Program-made: the position numbers and the translations under genes
Source of the DNA: an uncultured Bdellovibrionales bacterium
GTDB taxonomy: Bacteria > Bdellovibrionota > UBA1018 > CAIPTA01
DNA: 64,000 nucleotides
Direction: 5' to 3'
Assembly: GCA_964612065.1 (NCBI GenBank)
Contig: CAZTCD010000007.1
Span: 5,563-69,562, forward strand
Notes under the pieces: model-generated
Told to the model about the DNA's origin: nothing
The model's database searches: none
What the model saw: the letters and a program-made list of their open reading frames with translations, nothing else
In this document: in pieces, positions 27,182 to 36,800 of the stretch
Layout: each line of letters starts with the position of its first letter
How positions within the stretch are numbered: the first letter of the stretch is position 1

Positions 27182-27344
27182 TTTTCCCCGCTCGCGATAA
27201 CGCAACTAGTCCTCCGCGCAGAGGTCGCTATGCGTTACGCCCGGCTCTACCCCAACTCTATGCCCAGCTCCATGCCCAGCTCGCCGTTCATAGGGATTTA
27301 CCTTTTTGCCAGGCCATTCGCCAAACAGCTAGCGGAAAAACTAC

Positions 27345-29258
27345 TTAGTTAATTTGATCCCTCGTCTCCATGCGACGCACGTCGGTGGGCGTAACGTCGA
27401 AGGTATTCGGCGTGGTCACGGTGGGCACACCGGGCGCGCTGAACTGCAGCCGCACTCCCTGGTGGGCCATATTGAACAGCAGGCTGTCGAAGGTAACGGC
27501 TCCGTCGATCGTGGTAACCGATTTGCCGCCCGTGAGTGAACAAGGCTGGGGCACGTAGCAGCCCGCTTCGATCGCCACGTTGTTCACCTTCAGGGGCACG
27601 CCGTTCGCGTCCACGAGGAACACCCGGATCGGCGACATCGTGTCTCCCTGAGGCACGTTGCCGATCACGGTTTCGATGATCAACTTGGCGCCGGCCGGCA
27701 CTACGCCGGATCCGGGAACCAGGCCCTCGGATCCGCCGCCGCCTACATAGGGAGCGGGCCCTTCGCGGTTTTTGGAAGCGGCGAGATAGGCCGCTACGTC
27801 GCTGTCGAGCGCCTTCTGGCTTTTCTTATCCTGGTGCCGCTTGTAGAGGTAAGCGCCTCCACCCACCACGGCCGCGCCGCCGGCGAGCCACATCCAGTTG
27901 TCTTTGAGGAAGCCGCTCATGCCGCTCTTTTCCTTGGGGGGAGGGGCGGATCCGCCGCTGCCGTCGTAGCCCTCGCCGCCTGTGGGCGGGGTGCTGGGCG
28001 GAGGAGGAGGATTGCTGCCGCCGGTCCAATCCGAGCCCGTGCCGTCGCCACCGGTTCCGCGACCGCTTCCGGCGCTGGTGTCTTCGGAGATCGGGGGCGG
28101 AACCTTGCCCGTAACCTGGCTGTCTTTGCCGCCTGGCTTGTGAATCGCGTCGGAAGCGATTCCGCAACGTTCCTTCAGCTCTTCATGCTTGGAAAGATTA
28201 TCGGAAAACCACTTTCTCTTTTCCTCTGCGAGTTTACGCTCCTGGCGCAGCTGCAGCAGCAGCTCTCCATAGGGCGAGTTGGGGTCCGGTTTGTCTTTGG
28301 TGCTTTTGCCCCATAGAGCTTCGAATTCTTTGTTGATCTTTTCCGCATCAGGTTTGGCCGCTGCCTCAATCTTCTTAATGTGGTTGGTTTTCACTTTATC
28401 GTGGATTTCCAGATATCGCATAAAGGCCCGCTCGAGGCCTTCCACCCGTTTGCCGGATTCTTTTTCTAGAAAACCAGTTTCCTGCCGCTTTTGAATAATC
28501 GATAGCAGGTGATTGTAGGAGAACTCTGCGCCCCTATAAGTATCAATCATCCTGGTATAAGCGCCTTCGCAGGAATTGGTGTCTTTGCCGGTAATGGCGG
28601 CGGCTTGCTTTTTCGCCTCGTCGAAAGCTTCGAAGCGTTTTGCCAGCTGGCGTTTTGCCTCGCAAACCATCACGGTGGTGGCGAATCTACCAAAGCCGAT
28701 TTCGAAGTAAGCAGTAGCTGCAGCCACGGCGTTTTTCAGGTCTGGTTGTTGCGGATTGCTCGCCTCGGAGTACTTCTTGTGCACCAAAAGATTGGCATGA
28801 AGAAGGTTTTTACGGCGCTCGGCAATATAGGCGTTTGTTTTTCTGTCGTAATTAGAGTTCTGTAGCTTCTCCTTGGCGGAAAGTTCTTTCTTCAAAACGG
28901 GTTCAGGCCATGATTCCACCATGCCGCCGAAGCCGCCCTTGCTCTTTCCCTTCGGAGGATCGCAAAGCGCGGTGGCCGAAGCGGCCACTGGCTCCTTAGT
29001 ATCAGTATCTTTAGTATCAGCATCTTTCTCTGCGGGCACCCGGCGAGACGCATCTTCCGCCGGCACCTTGGGAGTGGCCGGGCGTATGCCCAAAGCTTCG
29101 TCCACATCTTCAGAAAGCTTTTTCTTCTCGGCACCTGTGAGAGGAGCGGAACTGCCTCCGGCCAGAGCGGGCAGCGGCAGGCTGGCGAGCAGGAATGCCA
29201 GAAGGGTGGCGTGCGCGGAGAGGCGGGTGAAGGAAGAGGGGGGTTGCTTGTAGTTCAT
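27345..29258 (-). CDS. large exported/anchored protein (coiled-coil, Gly/Pro-rich linker, TM, Ig-like C-terminus)
   Basis: Signal peptide ...LLAFLLASLPLPALAGG, a long Lys/Glu-rich helical middle, a GGSNPPPPPSTPPTGGEGYDGSGGSAPPP linker, a hydrophobic WMWLAGGAAVVGGGAYLY segment and a beta-rich ~130-aa C-terminal domain. Confidence 0.7.
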   Translation of the reverse strand: MNYKQPPSSFTRLSAHATLLAFLLASLPLPALAGGSSAPLTGAEKKKLSEDVDEALGIRPATPKVPAEDASRRVPAEKDADTKDTDTKEPVAASATALCDPPKGKSKGGFGGMVESWPEPVLKKELSAKEKLQNSNYDRKTNAYIAERRKNLLHANLLVHKKYSEASNPQQPDLKNAVAAATAYFEIGFGRFATTVMVCEAKRQLAKRFEAFDEAKKQAAAITGKDTNSCEGAYTRMIDTYRGAEFSYNHLLSIIQKRQETGFLEKESGKRVEGLERAFMRYLEIHDKVKTNHIKKIEAAAKPDAEKINKEFEALWGKSTKDKPDPNSPYGELLLQLRQERKLAEEKRKWFSDNLSKHEELKERCGIASDAIHKPGGKDSQVTGKVPPPISEDTSAGSGRGTGGDGTGSDWTGGSNPPPPPSTPPTGGEGYDGSGGSAPPPKEKSGMSGFLKDNWMWLAGGAAVVGGGAYLYKRHQDKKSQKALDSDVAAYLAASKNREGPAPYVGGGGSEGLVPGSGVVPAGAKLIIETVIGNVPQGDTMSPIRVFLVDANGVPLKVNNVAIEAGCYVPQPCSLTGGKSVTTIDGAVTFDSLLFNMAHQGVRLQFSAPGVPTVTTPNTFDVTPTDVRRMETRDQIN

Positions 29259-29444
29259 AGGGGTGGACCTTCCTGCTTACTCTATCGGCGCCTTTTGGGA
29301 AAAATGTGATGAAAAACCACCTTTGATTTCAATGGCTTGAAAATTTCTCTGCCTGCCCTTCTAACACCCGTGTTGTAACGGATACGGGATTGGCCAAGTG
29401 CCCGTGCTTCATAGTAAAAGCTCTCTCCGTACACTTTTCCGCTT

Positions 29445-30470
29445 ATGGCACGCGAACACGAAACTACAGCAGACACCTATCTCGTTACCTGGACCGTGGA
29501 ACCCGGTGAGGCTGGGCTGAGGCTCGACCATTTTCTGAAGGAAAAATACCGCAAGCTATCCCGCGAGTATCTGCAGAAGGCCATACGCGAAGGCCGTGTA
29601 ACGCTCAACAATCTGGGTTCGAAGCCAAGCCGCCTCCTGAAGGTGGGCGAGAAAGTGCACGTGCTCAGCACCCGGGGAAAAGAGCCGAAGGTGGACTTCA
29701 GGTACGAGGTGCTCTTCGAAGACGAGCACATCCTCGTAGTGAACAAGCCCGGCAATCTGCCCGTGCATCCCACTGGCCGTTATTTTTTCCACACCCTCCT
29801 CACTCAGCTGCGCGTGGAGAACGGCAACGAGGTGAACCAGAAGAAAGAATTCTATCTCGTGCACCGGATCGACCGCGAAACGAGCGGCGTGATGGTGCTC
29901 GCAAAAACGGCCACCGCCGCAGCGGATCTGGTGCGGCAGTGGGAGAAGCGGGAAACCTCCAAAGAATATCTGGCGATCGTAGCAGGAAAGATCGAGCGGG
30001 ATTCTTTCGTGGTGGATGCTCCGCTCGGCCGCCACCACAACTCCCAGATCCGGCTGAAGATGAATGTGGTGGACATGGGCCCCGACGGCGAGCCGCTTTA
30101 TCTGCCGAAGAGCGAAGTGCTTCCGGCGAGCACGGCCTTCGAGGTGGTGGAGAGGGCGGGCGACTACACTGTGGTGAAGTGCAAGCCGCATACGGGCCGC
30201 CAGCACCAGATCCGCGTGCACCTCTGGCATGTAGGGCATCCGATTTGCGGCGATAAGCTCTACGGCCCCGACGATGAATTCTTTCTCGCTTCCACGGCGG
30301 GCTATGAGTTTTCCGATATGGAAGTGGAGCCCGGCATCTGCCTCAGCCGCCACGCGCTCCACGCCCATAAATTGGGGTTCCGCCACCCGGCCACGGGCGA
30401 AAAGCTCGAATTCCAATCTCCTTTGCCTCCCGAGCTGGCTGATTTCCTCCAAAAAGTAAAAAAAGAGTGA
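29445..30470 (+). CDS. RluA-family pseudouridine synthase with an N-terminal S4 domain (RluD/RluC-like)
   Basis: S4-like RLDHFLKEKY...GRVTLN, NKPGNLPVHP, the catalytic HRIDRETSGVMVLAK and KPHTGRQHQIRVH. Confidence 0.9.
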   Translation: MAREHETTADTYLVTWTVEPGEAGLRLDHFLKEKYRKLSREYLQKAIREGRVTLNNLGSKPSRLLKVGEKVHVLSTRGKEPKVDFRYEVLFEDEHILVVNKPGNLPVHPTGRYFFHTLLTQLRVENGNEVNQKKEFYLVHRIDRETSGVMVLAKTATAAADLVRQWEKRETSKEYLAIVAGKIERDSFVVDAPLGRHHNSQIRLKMNVVDMGPDGEPLYLPKSEVLPASTAFEVVERAGDYTVVKCKPHTGRQHQIRVHLWHVGHPICGDKLYGPDDEFFLASTAGYEFSDMEVEPGICLSRHALHAHKLGFRHPATGEKLEFQSPLPPELADFLQKVKKE

Positions 30471-30483
30471 GAGAGTAGAGGCC

Positions 30484-31506
30484 ATGCAAGCCTCTTTGCG
30501 GCATCGTCTTCTTACGCGGCGCTATCCTTGGATCGCCTTCATTCTCACGCAGCTCTGCCCGGGCTGGGGCCAGATCTATAACCGCGATTGGAAGTGGCTC
30601 GGCATCTCGTTCGTTTCGGTGGTGGTGCTCACCACGATCACCACGGTCTATCTCTTCGACTCCCTCAAGGAGATCGGAATCGCGATCTGCCTCGGGCTTG
30701 TGCTCGATCTTTTCCTTTCGATCCAGGCCTATAAGCGCGCCAAGAAGATGCAGGAGATCCAGCGTCCCGCCCATCATTACAACGGGTCGCACGTGCTCTT
30801 CCGGCTGATCTGTGTGTACGGCGGATTCACGGCTCTCCTGTTCGCGATCCCCGACGGCTACGGGCTTTTCATGCCCACCCGCCTTCGTTCCTTTCAGATT
30901 CCTTCGGAATCGATGGTGCCCAACCTGCTCGTGGGCGATCGCCTGGTGGCCGACGGCTGGGCCTATTGGGGCAAGGAGCCCAAGCGGGGCGATGTGGTGG
31001 TGTTCGATTACCCCAAGGATCCGAGCACCAAATTCGTGAAACGCCTGATCGGATTGCCGGGCGACGTGATCGAGTTCAAGGCCGGTGAGCTCTGGGTGAA
31101 CGGCGAGATCGTGCCTCAAAGGAAGGCCGAGGTGTTTCCGGTGGAGGCCATGCATCGCAATGCCACGGAGTTTGTGGAAACGATGAGGCAAGGGAAGGGC
31201 AGTGCCGCTGCCGATGGCCAAGCGGCTGGCCAAGTGGCTGGTCAAGTGTCTGGCCAGATGGCCGGCCAGAAGGATTACGTGATCTTCCGCATCCAGCCGG
31301 GCTGGGTAGACGATCTCGGCCCGATCACTGTGCCCGAGGGAAAGTACTTCATGCTTGGCGACAATCGCGACCGTTCGCACGACAGCCGCTTCTGGGGCTT
31401 CGTGAGCCGCGACCAGCTGATCGGGCGCATGGCCTTCATCTACTTTTCCTGGGACTCCGACGAAGGCCGCCCGCGCATGAACCGCATGGGGATGCAGGTG
31501 AACTAA
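30484..31506 (+). CDS. lepB: signal peptidase I with an extended N-terminal membrane domain
   Basis: IPSESMVPNLLVGDRL (catalytic Ser box), VVFDYP, VKRLIGLPGD (Lys box) and GDNRDRSHDSRFWGFV. Extra N-terminal TM region with PGWGQIYN. In-frame (GQxA)n insert. Confidence 0.9.
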   Translation: MQASLRHRLLTRRYPWIAFILTQLCPGWGQIYNRDWKWLGISFVSVVVLTTITTVYLFDSLKEIGIAICLGLVLDLFLSIQAYKRAKKMQEIQRPAHHYNGSHVLFRLICVYGGFTALLFAIPDGYGLFMPTRLRSFQIPSESMVPNLLVGDRLVADGWAYWGKEPKRGDVVVFDYPKDPSTKFVKRLIGLPGDVIEFKAGELWVNGEIVPQRKAEVFPVEAMHRNATEFVETMRQGKGSAAADGQAAGQVAGQVSGQMAGQKDYVIFRIQPGWVDDLGPITVPEGKYFMLGDNRDRSHDSRFWGFVSRDQLIGRMAFIYFSWDSDEGRPRMNRMGMQVN

Positions 31507-31523
31507 GCTCCGCGGCTTTCCTG

Positions 31524-31548
31524 GCGGCGCGCGCTTTCCGCGCGCTGC
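31524..31548. terminator. GC-rich hairpin between convergent lepB and the HAD gene
   Basis: gcggcgcgcg-ctttc-cgcgcgctgc forms a 10-bp stem with one G-U pair. There is no clear U-tract on either side. Confidence 0.35.
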
Positions 31549-31561
31549 TCCCCCTCGCGCG

Positions 31562-32422
31562 CTATTCGCCTCTTTGCCGCAGGATCCAGCGCACGGCTTC
31601 GGCGAAACCGTGCCCGCCCTCTTTGCGCGTGATGAACGAAGGATGGTGCTTCATGCGCGGCAGGAAATCGCGCACATTGGCCACGCCCACCGTATAGGGA
31701 AATTCGCGGAAGAGGGGCTCATCATTGGGCGAATCGCCGAAGTAGAGGTAGCGCTCCTTCTCCTTGGCGAAATCTTCCTGGTAGAGCTCGCGCAGCAGGA
31801 GCTTGCAGCAGGAGTATTTGTCGTGATCGCCGAACCAGGCGTTCACGTGGATGGAGCTCACCTTGGCCTGGGCTCCGGCGGCCTCGAAGGCGTGCACGAT
31901 GCGGTCGATATCGGATTCGGGGAGCCGGGGCACGTCTTCGCAGAAATCCACGGCCAGATCGATTTCGCGGTAGCCCTGGTCGGAGGCCACGCGCAGGCCC
32001 GGCATCTCTTCGCGCAGCTTGCCGAACACTTCCCAGAGTTTTTTGCGGTTGGCTTCGCGCAGCTCGGCGGGCTGCACGAAGCGCTGGAGGAGCTTGCCGT
32101 CGCGGCCTTGGCTCGGATCGAGGTGGTAGTAGAAGGCGCCGTTCTCGCCGATCACGGCGTCCACGGGCCACATGCGCGCGAGATGGTCCACCCAGCCGGC
32201 GGGGCGGCCGGTGATCGGGATCACGCGGAGGCCGGCGCGGCGGGCTTTCCAGAGGGCGGAGTAGGCGTCTTCGGTGAGCTTGCCCTGGTGGGTGAGGGTA
32301 TCGTCGATATCGGAGAAAATGCCGCGCAGGGAACGGCAAATTTTCTTATTCAGCTTCTCGAGCGGGAGGGGTGCGCTGGTGCTTCTTGCGGCACCCTTGG
32401 CGCTTTTACTCGAAGTCTTCAT
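31562..32422 (-). CDS. HAD-IIB family phosphatase
   Basis: IFSDIDDTLT (DxDxT), ITGRP and the GDSPNDEPLF motif. ATG 32422 is preferred over track start 32518 and overlaps the upstream stop by 17 nt. Confidence 0.8.
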   Translation of the reverse strand: MKTSSKSAKGAARSTSAPLPLEKLNKKICRSLRGIFSDIDDTLTHQGKLTEDAYSALWKARRAGLRVIPITGRPAGWVDHLARMWPVDAVIGENGAFYYHLDPSQGRDGKLLQRFVQPAELREANRKKLWEVFGKLREEMPGLRVASDQGYREIDLAVDFCEDVPRLPESDIDRIVHAFEAAGAQAKVSSIHVNAWFGDHDKYSCCKLLLRELYQEDFAKEKERYLYFGDSPNDEPLFREFPYTVGVANVRDFLPRMKHHPSFITRKEGGHGFAEAVRWILRQRGE

Positions 32423-33128
32423 CGGTATATTCGTCCTTGGTGCCGCCGGTATTGCTGCCACTCTTCGAGGCACGGTTGCCGGCACGGGCGGGCACATTGC
32501 CTTTCTTCGACTCCTCACCGCGGTTGAACTTCAGATCACCGAGGCGCGCGCCGAGGCCGAGCAGGATATAGGAATCGGTTTTGGCGAGCTTGATGCCCAC
32601 TTCGGCGCCGGCGTAGTAGCGGCTGGCCTGGGCGATATCGAATACCGTGCCGAGCACGAGCTGGGTGCCGGAAGAAAAGGTGGAGCCGCGGATCTCCTGA
32701 TACCAGGGAATGGCGAGGTAGATATTGGCGGGGTAGCCGTTCCAGGCGGTTACGCGCTTGTGCACCATAGGGCCGATGCGCGTCTGCAGGCCGCCGGTAT
32801 CATAGCGGCGGAGGTATACGGCGTTCGCGAGGATGGAAACGCCCACCTGGCCTTCCCAGTCGGGGAGGAGGTTGAACACGGCTTCGCCGCCGATGCGGAA
32901 TTTTTTGTTCTTCGAGCCGGCGCCGAGGTTGAGGCCGAGGTTCCAGTCGTCGGAGAGACCATAACGGCCACGCGCTTCGAGGCCCTCGGAGGTGGGATCG
33001 GAGAGGATGATCTCGGTGAATCCGCTCACGGCGCCTGAGTTTTGGGGAAGGATGTCGGCGGCGTCGAATACGGCGGCCTGCGCGGGCAGAGCGAAAAGGA
33101 GGGACAGGAGGGGGAGGGCTTTGGTCAT
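32406..33128 (-). CDS. exported beta-rich protein (possible outer-membrane beta-barrel) with a disordered acidic tail
   Basis: ATG 33128 gives MTKALPLLSLLFALPAQAA (signal peptide). Alternating hydrophobic pattern (GLNLGAG, VGVSILANAVYLRRY, YYAGAEVGIKL), then a Ser/Gly/Lys-rich tail. Confidence 0.55.
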   Translation of the reverse strand: MTKALPLLSLLFALPAQAAVFDAADILPQNSGAVSGFTEIILSDPTSEGLEARGRYGLSDDWNLGLNLGAGSKNKKFRIGGEAVFNLLPDWEGQVGVSILANAVYLRRYDTGGLQTRIGPMVHKRVTAWNGYPANIYLAIPWYQEIRGSTFSSGTQLVLGTVFDIAQASRYYAGAEVGIKLAKTDSYILLGLGARLGDLKFNRGEESKKGNVPARAGNRASKSGSNTGGTKDEYTDEDFE

Positions 33129-33301
33129 GGGATTCCACTGCGGCAGGCAGTTCCTTTTGGGCAAGAAGATAACAGAGAGCGGGTGTACGGAAAGCCAAAT
33201 CTTTCGGGGGGTTGGAGTGCGGGAGCACGCGCGGGCTTTGGCGGGAGGGCCGGCTCCCCGCCGGGGCCGGAGGATAAGGTTTTGAAATCCCTAGGCTCCA
33301 A

Positions 33302-33330
33302 TTGACAGCGCAACGCGCCATGCTTTATCT
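33302..33330 (+). promoter_or_regulatory. sigma-70-like promoter candidate for tRNA-His
   Basis: TTGACA-N17-TTATCT, ending ~50 nt upstream of the tRNA 5' end. Confidence 0.4.
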
Positions 33331-33379
33331 CTTGAGGCTCATCTATTTCGAGAGCGCGGCGAAAGCGGCGCCTCACTGT

Positions 33380-33457
<78 letters not shown>

Positions 33458-33673
33458 TTTTTAGAACTAGTCAAAGCCCCGATAGGGCGTAACCACTGAA
33501 AACTAAATCGCAGGATTTCGTTGGGCTGGCGGGGTCGGCGCGTTCTTGAACATCACAGAAAATCACAAGCGATCACACTTTTTGCCGGACTTTGTACGGA
33601 CGGCTTACAGACATGTGACGACTGGGTATGTGCGCGTCTTTCATTGGCGCAGTAGTTGCGATAGCATTTTCTT

Positions 33674-33895
33674 ATGGGCAATTCTGTGAAGCGCGGAAAA
33701 ATTAAGTGGTTTGATGCAAAGAAGGGGTATGGCTTCGCTGAGGATGACCAGAAGACCCTTATCTTTTTTCATTTCACCGCGATTGATAAAGACAAACAGT
33801 CAAAAGACTTCAATTCGGGTGACGATGTTGAGTTTGAAACTGAACGGGATGGCGATGTATTGAGGGCGAAGTCAATTCGTCCGATTGAAATCTAA
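33674..33895 (+). CDS. cold-shock-domain protein (CspA family)
   Basis: GKIKWFDAKKGYGFAEDD...IFFHFTAI matches the RNP1/RNP2-type CSD core (KWFn..KGyGFI ... FvHfs). 73 aa. Confidence 0.8.
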   Translation: MGNSVKRGKIKWFDAKKGYGFAEDDQKTLIFFHFTAIDKDKQSKDFNSGDDVEFETERDGDVLRAKSIRPIEI

Positions 33896-36800
33896 CCCGT
33901 AATTGCCTTCGCCGGTTTTTGAAAAGGAAGCTTTACCCCGTAGAGTTCTTCCACCAAAGAGTCTAGTTCCTGCTGGTTTTCCAGTTTCTCATCTTCCGAA
34001 ATCTCTTTACCTTGGTCCAATTTCTTTTGAACCGATGCCATTAGAATTTCGATCTTCTTGGCTGCTGCTTTGTGTTCCTTGGATTCAGGGATGAGAATCG
34101 GAAGGTTTTCAAGATACTGCTTAGAGCAGGGAAAGTATCCCCCGCGGAAGTTACTGCTAACTTTCCTAATGAAGAAATCCATGAGGCTCGAGCAGAGGAT
34201 GCCACTCAGATAGTCGTAGCTGATGCCAGCGGCTGGATCTATTTCGATTCCATAGCCACCAGTGGTGACATTGACAAAGTATCTGCCTCCGGCGCGGTCA
34301 TAGAAGTTTGTCAGACGGTCAAGCATGTAGGGAACCATGAGCTTTGGATTCTGAAAGCGAACCAAGTTTTGATTCCGCGAGTAACAGTGCCAGTCTTTAC
34401 CCGTCCACTTACCCTTCTCGCGCTTTTCGAGTACTGCCTTATTGAGCTTCAGATAGGCATGTGCCTTTGGAAACTTATCTTGCAACTCATCCTCGGGAAT
34501 CAGTTTGGCTGACCCATCGGCTTGGGCAGCATAGGGAAATATAATGTGATGAGTCGGGCTCTCCAGTTGGTACGGCTTAATATCTGAAGACCCTCGAAGA
34601 ACCGGCTTCAAAATCTCGGCCTCGACCTCAACCAGTTTATCCATCTCTCGTGAGTAAAGTTTCTGGATTCGCTTGCCCTCAGAAACCGCGCCTTCCAGCA
34701 TAAAGACGGTATCGGCACCAGATATTACGCCCTGGTAAATCTTCGGGCAGATACTACCCAGCGTTTTCCCTTTTTTTAGAAGTGCATTGAAGATCTCTTG
34801 CTCGGGACCGACGACGAGGTTCCAGACAGCAGACTCTCGCAATTTCTTTTGCTCGATAAAGTCAATAATCAGCGCGTCTGAAACAAATGGTTGGTCTGTT
34901 TCTAAGCTGATTTGAAGTGAGTTTACTAATTTTTCTTCCAGTTTAATGTCAGAAAATTTCACCTTCGGTGCATTGTCCTTCGAGCAATAAATTAGACAAG
35001 TGTATGTACTCGCTCCTTGAAAAATCTGGATGTCGTTGAAGTACACAATTTCTCGGAGGAAGCCCTCCTTGGAGAGGATATCTCTCGTTTCTTTTCCATA
35101 CTTAGCTTGAAAGAACTTATGCGGGCAAATTAGTCCTAGTTGCCCCTTGGGGTGCAGCAAGGAAAGCGCCTTTTCAATGAACGCCACATAGATGTCCGAT
35201 GAGCCCTCTTTAGCCGACTTGTATTTCTCCTGAAGAAATCTGACGTCGTTAACGTCGTCGCCCATTAAATTTTGAATCTTTACATAGGGCGGATTCATGA
35301 TTACTACGTCAAACCCATTATTTCGTAATTGCTTGGGGAAATTCCGTTCCCAACTGAAAGGGCGGCGTACCGCATAGTCTGGCCCGATCAGTCGTTCGAG
35401 TTCTGGCGTCGAGCCCGACACCAGGCTGTTTCCACACTTAACGTTGCTTTCAAGGCTCGGAAGTAGAGATTTCCGATTTGGTAGACGCTGTTCTCCCTCT
35501 AGAGCCTTAAGATACAAACTCATGATGCAAATGCTTACGGCTTGAGGGTCAATGTCGACGCCGAAGATGTGATTCTGAAGAATGCTCCGCTTCTTTTCAA
35601 TCGAGAGCTTTACTTCACCCGCATCGTCTTTAACTAGGTCAGGAAAAAACTTTCCTTGGGCCACATCTTTTGGATTCTTCAGCAAATAATCGAGGTGATA
35701 CTCCATTAGCTTTCCAAAGGCCGTTATTAAAAATGAACCTGATCCACACGCGGGATCTAAGATGGATAGCCGAGAAACTTCAGAATACTTTTTTCCGTAG
35801 ATGGTCTTACTTAGCGTGTTCTCAACGATATGCGAGACGATGTGGTGTGGGGTGTAGTAGACACCACCAGCCTTTCTCACAAAGGGCTTGTCCTCAAGAA
35901 CCACCTTACCGCTCTTAATGGCAAATTCTTTCCCCAGGTATTGTTCGTAGATTGTGCCCAAGAGTTCGATTGGAATCTGATCGAATCTGTATGGAGCGTT
36001 TGGAAAGTAGAAGTTGGTGATCAATTCGTGAATAAGTTCTTCATCAACGTCGATCTTGCTGAAAAGCTCGCTGGTATGAAACATCATTCCATTGAGATCC
36101 TCGTTGATTTTGTCGAAATGGTCGCGGAGTTTGTCCCAAAGATTGAATCCTTTTGTTTCTTTCCAGTAGGCTGCCATTGAAATAAGCGTCGGCCTAGTAA
36201 GGATCTCTCGATCCTCTGCCACTCTAAGGAAAACCACTCTGTTGAGAAGAAGTTCAACACAGTGCTCGATTTCCGAAACATTCAGACGCTTGTTTCGGTT
36301 CTTTATCTGATTTGCAAGCGTGACCTTCCAATTCATAAGGAACTTTAAGAAGTCCTTATCCACGGCGATCCGATTGTCTCGAGAGGTTTCATTTACCTTC
36401 AGCAATGCTTCAAGCGAGCCCTGCTCAACAGACTTCCTAGAGAACTCCCAAAGGAAGTCAGCATGTTTTTCATACTCATGGTAGTGAATTTCTTTAATCA
36501 AGCCTTTTTGAGGCTTCTTGATTTCGGGCAAAGCGCGGCAATCAAAAATTTTCATCCCCTCGAAATCAGTCAGAATCGCAATCGAAGCATCAGGGGAACT
36601 CCACGCATAGGTCTTGGCCTGGTGCACGTGATAGATGCTGTCGAGCGGTTGGTTGGGGGCCTTTGCCTCTACGAAAAACTTTGTCCGTCCATTGAAACGG
36701 AAGGCGTAATCGGGGCGATCTCGTCCGGGGATGTCTCCGCGTTCGACAATTACTTCCCGGCGGTGGTACGGGAGTTCTCGTTTATTAATAATGTCCCATC

